From: Neodothiora populina | Taxonomy: Eukaryota | Assembly: GCF_041146345.1 (NCBI RefSeq) | Contig: NW_027191408.1 | Span: 992,001-1,056,000 of the forward strand | Length of the DNA stretch: 64,000 nt | Reading direction: 5' to 3' | Shown here: positions 26,828 through 38,809 of the stretch, piece by piece | Position numbering within the stretch: position 1 is the stretch's first letter | Layout: each line of letters opens with the position of its first letter | The notes under the pieces: model-generated | The model's database searches: none | What the model saw: only the letters and a program-made list of their open reading frames with translations | Told to the model about the DNA's origin: nothing | Made by a program: the position numbers and the translations under genes

Positions 26828-28502
26828 GCGGGTAGGCATTTTGATGTTACGTATCGCGAGACCTTTCGCATTTTCAACAGATTTTCGGGCGGCCCCTTTT
26901 CCTTTTTACGAGATACCACTTTCAGATTTTCATTCTCATCGGATTATATCAGTGTTTTATGACCTGTGCCGTTAATTTTCAGTAATATGCAAATATACCA
27001 GAAAACAACATCTGTTGCTGAATCGAGTCCGCAGTGCAGGAATCCATACAGCAGGCACTTTTGCTGAGTCTTTAAAGATATTATCAGCTCAACTCGAACC
27101 GCTGCGTCACAGGCACATGCAAGTGGTCGAGCTAGTAATGATCGTTTATCGTTGCAGGTCCTCTAGGATTTGCATGCTCGGGCTTCGGATCGGGCGATTG
27201 GATGATCCAGTGCAGCACGACGATCAAATTCGCATGTCCTGCACTGCTCAAGCTGTTCAGATGCCTCTCTCACTTCTTCGCGATCGTTGCTATGCGCATT
27301 TTCTTAGGTGCGTTTTTTTTTCAGCGACTCTATATCGTCCGAGTGCCTGTACCGGAAGGGCGCAGCAGCACCGAGGACCCATCAAGAACATATTGCTCTC
27401 GCAGTCAACAGTTTCATTTCATCTTGGTTGGTAAATCAATCTACATTAAGTATTTTTCCGGATCTAGGAGGGCGCACAGACACCTCAATGGGGACAGTTC
27501 CGCTTTATATGCACCCTGTGCCATGGGACTGAGAAGCCATATTGATATGTTCAGGAGATGCAATTCATAATGTGTATCACCACGCACAGATGTGTTGTGG
27601 GTTTATCCTCCCACGTGTGAAAGAAGCGACTTCGCCAGTATGCTAAATTTCAGGAGTGGCTTAGATCTTATGTTGGGACCTTTGAATGATTGGAGAGGTG
27701 CGCAAATCGCTGCCTATATATAGACCTGGCATATGAATTGCTGCGACGAGCAACCTCTATATCTTGTACTTGCAGGACAGTTGTGGAGAGGTTACGCGTA
27801 GACGATTACATGCCAGGTTTGTCAAGTAGATTACTTACCCCACTGAGACACGCTCATACCTTTTCTTGTTTGAGCGCTATCTACTCCGTACTGTGTATCT
27901 GTCGTCGTTCGCGGCGCAAGAAGTGACAAAACTGCCAAGTCAGCCTCCAATGTGTATCATAGGGACACATGTTCACATTTCATTTTTATGCTCAAACCTA
28001 CAGCGTGTGGCCGTAGAAAGCTGCACTCCATTGATGCCGCATTTGTACCTGCGAGTGAGTTCAATAGTTCTCGACCGACACAGTCCTGGTGTCATCTCCA
28101 TCTCAATTGCGACGCGTGAGCCTTGCACACTATGCGAACAGGCACTCTCCATTTATTTACTATGCTCATGACAATGCTCGACGAAAGAATAAAATGAAGA
28201 CTTCAATCAGAATGGTAATGCTGCCTTACGTACTGGGGTAGAGGTGCCTATTGCCTACCTCCTGTGTACGTACTGCTGGATTTGTCGTTTTCGGACAACC
28301 CCTCGTGGCTCCTGCCCCGGCCCTGAATCATATTCTTGGCGCAGTGACGCGTGAATCGTAACATTGGGACAACGCACAGAAAAAACGAGGCGACCATTCT
28401 GTGCAACACTTCTCAGTACTAAAGAGGAGCATCAACGTTACATCTGACATCTATAACTCTCATTGAACCCCGTCGTAGTCCGTCTAGCAAGGGACACCAA
28501 AG

Positions 28503-29310
28503 ATGGTAATGATGAAAATACGTGGTCTTGGCATTGGGGTTCGGTTACTGACGCGCTTGTCCCTTAGGCTGAACAATTTGATGAAGAGCAGATGAAGGAG
28601 TTGAAGGAGGTTTTCAGAATTTTCGTACGTCAGGATGTGTACTCCCTCAGATTCAGAGTCGACCATATGCTCACGTTTCAGTAGGATAAAGACGGTGATG
28701 GTAAGTGTTTCTTTGGATCATCGTAGTCATGTCATGGTAGAACGAAGCGCTCATAATAGACCTATCCATAAAACTTCACGAATCGCTTGTAACTGGGTGG
28801 TGTACCTGTTTATTGACTTGTCCGGGCGTTTTCTAGGAAGCATATCTGTCCAGGAACTCGGCGAAGTCATGCGCTCGCTAGGTCTCAATCCGTCGGATGA
28901 GGACCTACATGACATCGTCAATGAGATTGACGTCGACAACACAGGCACGATCGAGTTCGAAGGTAGGTAGCCACGTCAGATTTGCTTGAAGTCGCACCCA
29001 ATAACACGGAACAGAGTTCTTCGCGATCATGTCACGAAAGGTCAAGAAGTCAGACACAGATTCCGAGCTGCGCGAGGCATTCAACATCTTCGACCGTGAT
29101 GGGAGCGGAACCATCAACGCCGAAGAGCTTCGCCAAGTCATGAAAGCTCTTGGGGAGGATCTCTCGAAGACCGAGATTGATGAGATGATCAAAGAAGCTG
29201 ACAAGAACGGCGACGGAAGTATTGATTGTAAGTCGACTTTGTGCTATGATGAAAATCGCTTGCTTACCTCGATGACTACAGATGAAGAGTTTGTCAGAAT
29301 CCTCCAATAG
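28503..29310 (+). CDS. Calmodulin-like four-EF-hand protein (divergent calmodulin paralog), 147 aa; exons 28503-28505, 28568-28624, 28685-28700, 28837-28962, 29015-29227, 29282-29310
   Basis: Spliced product [147 protein letters not shown]. Four EF-hand loops and five GT..AG introns; exon total 444 nt. Confidence 0.9.
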
Positions 29311-32300
29311 GCGTGGTGAAACGAGGCAGAACCGCGTATATCCATCCCCTTGATACCGGTGAATGGTTCAACGGATTCGCACAACATGCGTGTCTATCGC
29401 TTGGATCTTGGGAGGATTGCACCATCGCTATGGAATGATCATGGATAGGCCTAATCAGGTATTTGAGACTAATCAGGAACATTCATAAGGCCGGCGATAT
29501 TCCAAATCAATTGAGCATTACTACCATACTGCTCCCTTCTATTATCATATATCTCGTGCCTCATGTATCCCATGACTTCGGTGCCGTCGCCCTTGCGTGA
29601 AACACCATCCCTGCCCTAAGACCTTTTTGTTGGCCCGTAACAAGGTCGGCGACGAACGACAGCAATGAGTTAGAGCTGCAAACAAGAGATTCCAGGAATC
29701 TGAACTCAAAAGGTAAGGAACAATCAAACGTGTTGCGAACTTTTGACAGCATATTACACTCTCGCCCACTCGACATATACATAATGGGCCAGATGAATGT
29801 CTTAGACGAGCAGATAAAGGACGAAGCATGAAAATTTATCGAGGCACGAACCATTAGTCAGGTTGGATATCGAACTTGTCCGCTTGGAATGGTTGCGAAT
29901 TTTGCGCCTTGCTGTATGCTCAATGCTCTGGAGGTGCCACATCGGACCAGATTGGACGTATAGGCAATTGCATGTAAGAAGGAATTATGGTTTATCTGAC
30001 ATACACAAAATGTGGATTTGAGGGGAACCCTGTCTGTGTGTCATCCCGTCTCTGCTTGCCCGGCCTAGCACCTGCTCACTTTCGCAACTTACGAGGGATC
30101 CGCTGTTCGGTCTACGAGCGCACATTAGTTGCTTTGATAACATTCTTGGTCTCTATGCTATTGTTCTCAGATGGTGGATGTTGCGAGGTATCGGGAAAAT
30201 ACACTTCTTTCTGTATCAAGCGCCTGCGCAAACATTCTTGACCACCACTTCCTCAAGGCTTCCTTTCCTGGCAATATTGCATCCACCCTACGACTAGGGT
30301 GCAAGCCGAGGCCTCCATGGGAATGGGTGCGTGTCATCCCCAAGCATGTTGCAGCCTACGGTACAGTTGATCAAATGTTGTAGTACTTACCTTAGGCATC
30401 GAGCACATCTCAAGTAACGATGACTTCATTGGCCGGGTATCTCCTTGCCTCCAGCTTTAGGAAGTCCTACCATTGTGCTATAATCGTGTCATCCTGAAAG
30501 CCGATTGGATATCTTGTCGTCATTGCGAGGATGTTTGATGATCAAGACTGAGTTTCTCAACCTCATTGGTACGTTATAGCTGACCTTGAGGTTCCGTAGT
30601 CTGGGGGTGTAACACAACTATCAGCTACAGACCCAAAGTGGAATATCTCTTCCGAAAGAAGAGAGTAATGGCCGAGACTAGATATTGTAGGCAACAACGG
30701 AGTCTTACCATTCAAGCCCCGGAAGGTACAAATTGATGCGATGTGAAGCTACAGGTCTTCGTGCAGCAAGTTCATGCAGATCTTGGCGCGTTCCACATCA
30801 CCATGGTCACCTAAGATCGTACAATGTACATCCTGTTTTATATGTGATATATTTTGGTGTTGAGCTCTGTTAGATGCCGTAAGCAAGGCGAGGGCCAGGA
30901 AATAGGAGTCAAAACTGCGTACTGCTAAAATGCACAAGGCACAGACATGACATGAAGATGCCGAGCTGCGTCCCTGTTCACCTACGTCAATATTATATCT
31001 ATCAGTTGCACGAACATGTGAAGGGTTCCGCGAAATGGGATTGATGCTCGTGGAAATGCGAAAGATATCAATTGATGGCCGCAGGAGGACGCTCGGGCGT
31101 GAGCCTTGACTTCTACCCAAAGCTCGTTCGCATCACATATCCTGTTCGAGAAGTGCTTGCTCTTCATTCGTGAGACAGATCCTCGTGTCGTCGGTGTGGA
31201 CAGCCTTTCGTACTGGCACTAACACGATTGCGCAGTACTCTTTGCCAGCAAGTCACACATAAAGGAGTCCGAGCGATTAGCACAACTATATAATGTTGAG
31301 TCTTTCTTATCGGAAATTGAAAATGTGGCGCCTTGCTTCGAATACTCCTCTGCAGAGTACACAGCTTCATTAAGAATCTGATGATATAGGTATCATCAGG
31401 TGTTTGTACTCATTCTTGCAAGTATGCACAATTGCCCCAACACTGCGGTGTTGCCCAACTAGGGAGGATGAGACAAACTGGAGGCCAATGCGTTTATAAT
31501 AACACAGCGGCCGACTTCCTGGAAAGAGCTCATATCAGTATTCACGCGTTGTGTCTCATCTTCACTCATTCGCTGGGCTGAATGTCAAGTAGCGGGACCC
31601 GTGAGCTGTTGTATCCAGGGCCTGGAGAACAGGTAATGTAAATCTCAAGATTTTGACAAGTCGCACGTAGCGGTCTACTACTGCAACCCAAAGCTTCGCA
31701 AAGTCCATGACTGTGCTAGAGCACGAAGTGATTTGATAAGTGATCTCGTCGGAGTTTGTAGTTTCCGCAAGGAGAAACTTCAAACACGGGCTGATGGCTC
31801 TGATCTTCACATACCTTTAACTTTGCGCCGCCTACAAGGGCATGACACATTGACATCGAAAAAGCATGGAAACCTACGACACCCTTGCACACCACGGAAG
31901 ATGCAATTATTACCATATTTCCATGAGCCAGTGTATACCACACGGTCGTATGATATCATAGACTATTCAATGCCGTACCGCGCAGAATTTATGGGTTGGT
32001 GTTTGTGGAAGCTGTATCAGTCTACAACGTTCTTTTAAGAGGGGAAGCATTAATCGAGGCAGTAGGATCTCGCACACAAGGGAGGGCACCAAAAAGGGCA
32101 GTCGCATGAGTTCACTAATCAGTCCAATATCAAGGGTAAGCTACTGTAGGTATATGCTCCACAGTGGCCTACGATCTAGGACCTGCGCTTTGATATGCTG
32201 CTGTAGTCGTTGTGCAGATACTTGTACGGTGTACCAATGCGATGCGAGCCGAAGCCTTGTCGCAGCACGGAACACTTTTGCAACTAGAAAAAAAAAGCCC

Positions 32301-33588
32301 CACATAGACCCCACTACCTTGACAACGGTGTGATCATGATGTAAAGAGTCATTGAAGTGACGACGTGGTCGAGTTTCAAGTTTCATCATGGCATTCGGCT
32401 AGGAGACTGGACTGTTGTTTACAGTAAGGTAGCCAGTCGGCCTGCACTAGAAGGCTGCTCAAAGATAACGTCCAGTTGCATACTAAGTATGACCCAGCTG
32501 TCTCCGTACGCAACCCTTCATCCCCACTGTGCCGTTGCATGTGCATTCGAATGTGCACACCGGGACGTGTGTAGAGCTGTGGTCTATACATGTCACTTGC
32601 TCTATCACAATACGTAAAACTTGACCATATTTGCCCTAGGGACGCCTCGGATATACGACGGGCATGAGCACGGCATGCTGCCCGGGAATCGGTGCAGCCC
32701 CCTGTACGAGATATAGCCGTTGCCAGACACCTGTCATCCAAGCTGCTGGGAAAATCAAGGTTCGAAACACTTGGAGGATGTCACCAATGTAACCCGATCA
32801 CCATTGAGGCCAAGGATGCAAGCATAAATCCTACGAGCGTACAGTTAAAATCCTACCTACGCCTCGTGGGACATGCCTCCGTAGCGTGGCTACGGCTGTC
32901 ACCTGCTACGGCTAGTCAGCCAGACAACCTCTCAGATTTGATAATGGCCCCGTTTTATAGCACTCATTGCACACTATAATAGGGGTCGCGCAATTGCCGT
33001 GTCCATGTTCTGAACACTGCGTGAATTCCCATGGACGGATCGAACACATACAGGAACCCTTTCTAGACTCGAAACGCCGATCAGCAGCGGCGTGGCCCGA
33101 TCCCCCACGTGGGAACAAGCCCGAAGCCGAATGTCCACCGGATATTGGCCCTTCTCGAATGCACAGTATAGCGGAAGACACAAATTCTATACCAAAGCTG
33201 CCCATGACCATTTCGCTACGTTGACACAACCCGTCTCGGCTCTAGCAAGCCTGCGAAGGATGCAGAATCACTGGTACGCTTGAAAAATGTTCATTGGCAT
33301 CGTCTCACACGAGGATCTGGGGTAACGCCCGTGTTGCATGTCGAGTCAGGACAGTGGTCGAAATGAAATAATTATCGGCTTATTTTCGTAGACTCAGATC
33401 TGGTTCTACATTGTGAGATCTCGAACTGAGTGCCATCTCCGCGCTTGCCATGCAGCCGCTGGGGCGATAGATATACATAAGGCGGGCTCCTCTTGACTCG
33501 ATCGAGACAGTGCTGCTTTTCTTCTCCCTTGCCTTCATTCACCTCTGTAACATCGCATGCTCTTTATCGTCCCATCTATTTCTTCTAG

Positions 33589-34869
33589 ATGGCGACTACG
33601 ACTGGAGATTACCAACTTGCCGCTGCTGCTGCAGGCTTCACACTTGGTTTTGGTTTCTTGACGGTCTGGAAGGCTATTAAACAGACCAGGCAAAACAAGT
33701 CACCCTTACGCAGTGTATACGTTTATATGCTCTGGGGAGAGATCTTGTCCAACCTCATCATCGGTATCCTCGGATGGCTATTTCTTCACGAGGTGCTAGG
33801 CGCGACGTACGTTAGTCAATGACTCTTCGAGTGCATCATACTGATAGTCACAGTGCAATAGTGTTGTTTTGGATCCTCTTCTGCTATGTCTTCGAAGTGC
33901 AACTGCTACTTCAAATTATCATCAATCGAATCGCAATCTTCACCGAGCGTAGGAGCACTGCTACCTACATGAAATGGGGAACTGCCATTTTCATCACATG
34001 TGTGAACATTGTGGTTTTCTGCATATGGATACCCGCGCATATGGTCCCTCCTCCATCTGCGAAGTAGGTTCACTGGAGCTAATGTCTCTTGTGGTCCCTT
34101 GTTAACGGTCCAATAGACTTGTTCATATCAACGTATACTGGGATCGTGTCTCGAAGGTTCTCATTCTCCTTGTCGACGCCGGCCTCAATTGGTACTTTGT
34201 CCACGTTGTCAGCACCAGACTTGTCAAACACAACGGACTCAAGAAATACAAGTCCCTCATCAGATACTACACACGTCTGGGAGTCATCTCTGTCTGTATG
34301 GATGTAAGTCCTTCTAAGTCTTTTTTGCCTGTTGCGCGTGCTGACTCCTGTCCTAGATTATGCTTATCGGCTTGATGTCTTTGCGCAATCAAGTTGTGTA
34401 TATTCAATTCCACCCTGTCGCTTACATGGTAAAACTTAATATCGAAATGTCGATGGCAGACCTTATTGTCAAGATTGCTCGTTCTTCAGAAATCGACGTT
34501 CACGATATGTCATCTGGACCAAAAGGCCTGCCAGATACCAATACTATTGGCGGTTCGAAGGTGCCACCGGGCATGCACAGCGGTGTGCATGACTATGGTC
34601 CAGGTCAAGCATCGACTTTCAAAGCAGCGCATGCACCAATATCAGCGCAGGACCAAGCCGATAGAGATGATGTGAAAGGAATCACGCGGCAAAGAGAAGT
34701 CCAAGTCTACATCCAAGATTCAGATGGAGACTCATTAAAGATGGACAACCCCAAAAAGATGAGCAGGGATGATGGTCACGACCTTACACTGGAGCGCCAC
34801 CCCTCACGAACCTCCAATGGTTCGCAGATACCCTTGAAGGATATGCACCCACATAGTTCATATGCATGA
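33589..34869 (+). CDS. Uncharacterised fungal multi-pass (~7 TM) integral membrane protein, ~375 aa; exons 33589-33806, 33854-34063, 34117-34303, 34357-34869
   Basis: Three canonical introns join hydrophobic exons in frame: AAGFTLGFGFLTVW, YVYMLWGEILSNLIIGILGWLFL, FWILFCYVFEVQLLLQIIINRI, INVYWDRVSKVLILLVDAGLNWYF, VYIQFHPVAYMVKLNIEMSMADLI. A polar tail follows. TACATAA lies ~110 nt upstream. Confidence 0.85.
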
Positions 34870-36050
34870 GAGGGCTTTATCGAGGCCATCAGCAAGTGGC
34901 CTTGCGAAACGCATTCGAAGAGGGCAGAGGGAGGAAGCGGTCCCTCGCTTAGGGACTCTCGGTGCACGCAATTTCTACAGCAAGCAGGTGTCTATAGCAT
35001 GCAGACCCCTGCTGCATTCAGTGACTGGCTGGAGGAAGCAGAGCCTGCAAAGATACCCAGCATGCGGTGCATGCTTCGCCAGCCAGGATTTCGATTCTCA
35101 GACATGCGTTTAATTGATGTTTTGACATTCTCACCAGGATCAATAGAGCCGAGTTCGAGCCCCATCGACAGCCTGATCAACCACAAGCGGTCATCCGGAA
35201 CGACAGGGATTTCATTTGTAGCGATTTACAGGAGCTACCTCTCTCCACAGGAAGGGAGGACAGCCCGGAATTTTTTGTATATACCCCCCAGTTAATCACA
35301 TTATGAGTAACGATCGTCACACTGAGTTTTGAGGAGAGGCTCCATGACCGTCTACTGCCTTGACAATTTCTTCTGTCCCACAAGAATGCTGAAATTTTGC
35401 GGTCACACGACGCTGTTCTACGAGCTACTACTGTGCACGCACAGCCATAGACGTCCTAAGCTGTACCGGAGCCTTGGCCAAACATAATCTTGTGGCTGAT
35501 GTCTGATCTAAATTGAGCTTAGCCCATGCAGTCAACCCGGGAACACCGGACACCACAGTGGCCTACAGCTGCCATGTTCATATTCATTTGATCGCTTCAC
35601 GCTCGTACCAAAAAATCTTGCACTCTCCTGACTTGGTGGTCCACAGCGGATCCTGACCGTGAATTGCGCTAAGCCGGAGTGCTTGCACCTTTTTGCACTG
35701 CTGCTGTAAAATGTCCAAGTCCATGCTCGTGCCGATAATTTCTGACGCGTCTGAGTCATGGGCGATTTCCTCTGGCTCCTATCGAGGATTGAGCAGTTCG
35801 ATCCCCTCGAGAGAATAAGATGTCTCGATGGCCGATGCGCAGATGGCTGTGGGTGGGCTGCGTGATCAGGAACTAGTCTCACGGTCTCGAACCAGTATCT
35901 GCAGGAACAATCTATGTTATACAGTTTCACTAATCATTAACAGGACTCCGCTTTAGAAGTTGGAAGTTGGAAGATTTTTCAGAGAGGACCTCTGCACTCG
36001 TATCTGTTTAGGTGATTGTCTGTTCATCGTTATTGCAGTCGCAGGCTCTT

Positions 36051-37222
36051 CTACTGTCTCTTGTTTTCCTGAACTGCTTGCTCTAATTGTCCCAAGAATC
36101 TCCACCGGGTCTTTGCACCGGCATCTTTCTCATACCAGTCATTCAGGGTACCTTTTGGGAAGAAGTCGAGCACTGCCTCTACAGTAGGATCATGGGCAAT
36201 GATGATCAGTACATTTTCTGCACTGTCAAACTCTTGTAGTCCTGCGATGCTCCAATTGGCCGCCTCTAAATCGTGGTTGAAGTCCTTGCTCATACTGAGA
36301 AAAGGCGCATTGGCACTCTTACCACAGTGGACATCTACGAATAGATGACCAGGGCATACTGTTGCCACAGTGTGCGGGATCGGCGAGGGGACGAGATTGG
36401 TCGGGATAGGAAGATACTCGGATGGCCTCAGCTCACCCGCGTGGTGTGACGCGTCGCCACCCAGGAAGACAAAAGTTGGCGGTAAGACTGTAGTTCTAGC
36501 CAGACCACACATGTGGCCTACCATGTGGCCTGGTGTATCAAGCAGATAGAATGAGCCGTCGCCAAAGTAATCGTGAGCGTCGAATCGGCCAATTTTCAAG
36601 CCTTGCTTGAAATCAATCTCGTGCAGCTCACGATCTTGAAAGTCATGCGCGAAGACGTCTGACTTCTGATTTTCCGGATACGCAGGCAGGAAACCTTCTT
36701 TGAAGCCCTTGCCAACCACGAGTTTCGTGGAGGTGGGGAAAGTAGTCAAGTCTCCAATATGGTCAAAGTGGGGATGACTCCAGATAACGGTGTCAACAGC
36801 ACCATCTCGAACCGGGATGCCGTTCTCCTCCAGAATCTCACTGACGTTTTTTTTGATATCGAAGGTGGCGCCAATATGTTTGGCAAGTGCGACTATACCG
36901 GGTGGCAGGTTCTCCCAATCCTTCCTGATTCCGAGATCGAAAAGTACGCGTTCTCCATCATGCTCAATGAGGAAAGAGAAGCTAGGCCCGCTGAGGCGTT
37001 CTGTTCCCTTGTATGTTGGTGTATGAAATAGATGAGACGGGAAGGAAAAGCGCGAAGTGCTATCTCATCACGTCAACAACTTGTGATGCGGGGGCATTCA
37101 TATCGAATCGATCACTCAGTTCGAACTTACGTATCGATAATCGATATCCTTACGGCATTGTTCGATTTGGGTATATTGAGTCTAGCAGGAGCCTTCGGTG
37201 GTACTAGTGTAGATTCACTCAT
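36051..37222 (-). CDS. Metallo-beta-lactamase-fold hydrolase (N-acyl homoserine lactonase/lactamase-like), ~366 aa; exons 37222-37131, 37059-36051
   Basis: The frame continues upstream of the ORF-track start: SFLIEH..VLFDLGIRKDWENLPP..VIWSHPHFDHIGD (HxHxDH), then DYFGDGSFYLLDTPGHMVGH, LGGDASHH, IIAHD. Intron GTAAGT..TAG (37130-37060) follows RISIIDT. Confidence 0.9.
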
Positions 37223-38809
37223 CTTCGGCGGAATGATACAAGCACGACGTCCGTAGGCAGACAAAAGTTGCGACGCTCGAGTAGGTGAGTTGTAACAATA
37301 AAATCACCAAATAGAGCTGCCTTAGTATAGTGGCAGCGACGATGCACTAGTAAAGTATCAGAGTAAGACTGATGTCGCACATCCGGGACCCGGACACGGA
37401 GAGTCAGGTTCCGAGACACAGGCACTATGGGGAACGGGAGGCCTGGATTTGATAAAGGAGTGCAAGATGGAGTCGTCTGCTGTTGTGCTTTTTTGTATAC
37501 GGGACCATGCATACGAGTAGCATGTTACATCGGGGCAACTCTTCCGCTGTGGGTCATTTCTAACTTACTTGGTCAACGCGTACTTATGGCTGATGTACAA
37601 GGAATTAAACTGCAAGGTATGAAATGTTCTAAGTCTTCGTCGCATAGCCCGGCCTGTTCCATATTACTGCTTGCCCAGCTATATCGATTGAATATCGTCG
37701 GTGACCAGGCCTGAGTGTACATCTAGAAAGTTTGTTTGTAATAACCACATTCGATTATGATCCAAGCCTTGGATGTCTTCTGTGTGCTGTGCAGACGACG
37801 ACTTTAATCACTACTTTACCTCACACGTGCGTCTGTGATATATGCGACACTACCTTATGAGATAGTTCGTCCTCACAACATGATCCTGGTGAGCTTCCTA
37901 TGCTATCCTGGCTTCGCAAAGTGTGTGCATGTCTTACCTCAGCTTTGGGTCATTACTATAATGCCATTTATATCCCTGTCACTCTCACTCACTGTGTCCT
38001 GCCGATCATATTCTGATCTTCCCATCAGGGTCCTCTCCGTGCTCGCGTCATCTCGGTCGGTTTCTGCTCGAGCTCACGTTATTCAGCAGTTAGAGAGAGG
38101 CGCTTATATCCGGGTCAAGGCAGTCACGATCACTTTCAAGCCACATGCTGGGCGAGGACCTTGTCATAAGCACCTGCTTTGGTCAACGCCATTTATGTTC
38201 CGATTAAAAGGGGCACCGACGACTCCGATGTGGAAGTACTTGTACATCAGTATATACGAAGGCTATCATGATCTCTGTATCTAGGTAGCCTAAAGGTATT
38301 TGATTCACCGTTCCGCCACGATTATGACCCATCCAAGTATGGAGTCAAGTGATCTATGATTGAAGATCTTGATCTACGAAGTCTCGAATTGCGTGCATAC
38401 CCTGATGTTCGAGGAGAACGACAGACCTTCGCAATCAAGCAGGATCAACAAAATAGGGACACGCTTCATATGCTGGTGTGTGAATAGCAGTAGAGGTAAA
38501 TATACTCTATGTGCACGAATATCCTCCTTGTTCTCGTTCGATAGCCTCAAAATTGCTCCAAGGTAGACATAATCACCATATTGGATGGAAATACACGGCG
38601 CAGAGTGGGTACTCCTGTCTGATAATGTTTGCACTACTTCAAGTGATCATGGGTCTACTCCTCATACTTTGACAGTAATGGAGATGGCTCAAGAGAGCGA
38701 CCGCAATAGATCTTGTGTCAATGTGTTGCCTACTTATTGACAACATGACTAATTGTAAAAGTCACACTTACAAGGAGCAATCTGGTCGGACTCCGGTCGA
38801 ATGTTTACA

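Noticed and set aside
35532..35930. Possible gene relic downstream of the MBL gene (protein-like stretches in minus-strand frames)
   Set aside because: Interrupted by stops and not assignable to any family by eye; needs BLASTX.
36030..36053. Stop-codon readthrough creating a peroxisomal targeting signal on the MBL or other genes
   Set aside because: None of the stops examined has the TGA-CTA context, and the MBL extension (KSLRLQ*) does not end in an SKL-like tripeptide.
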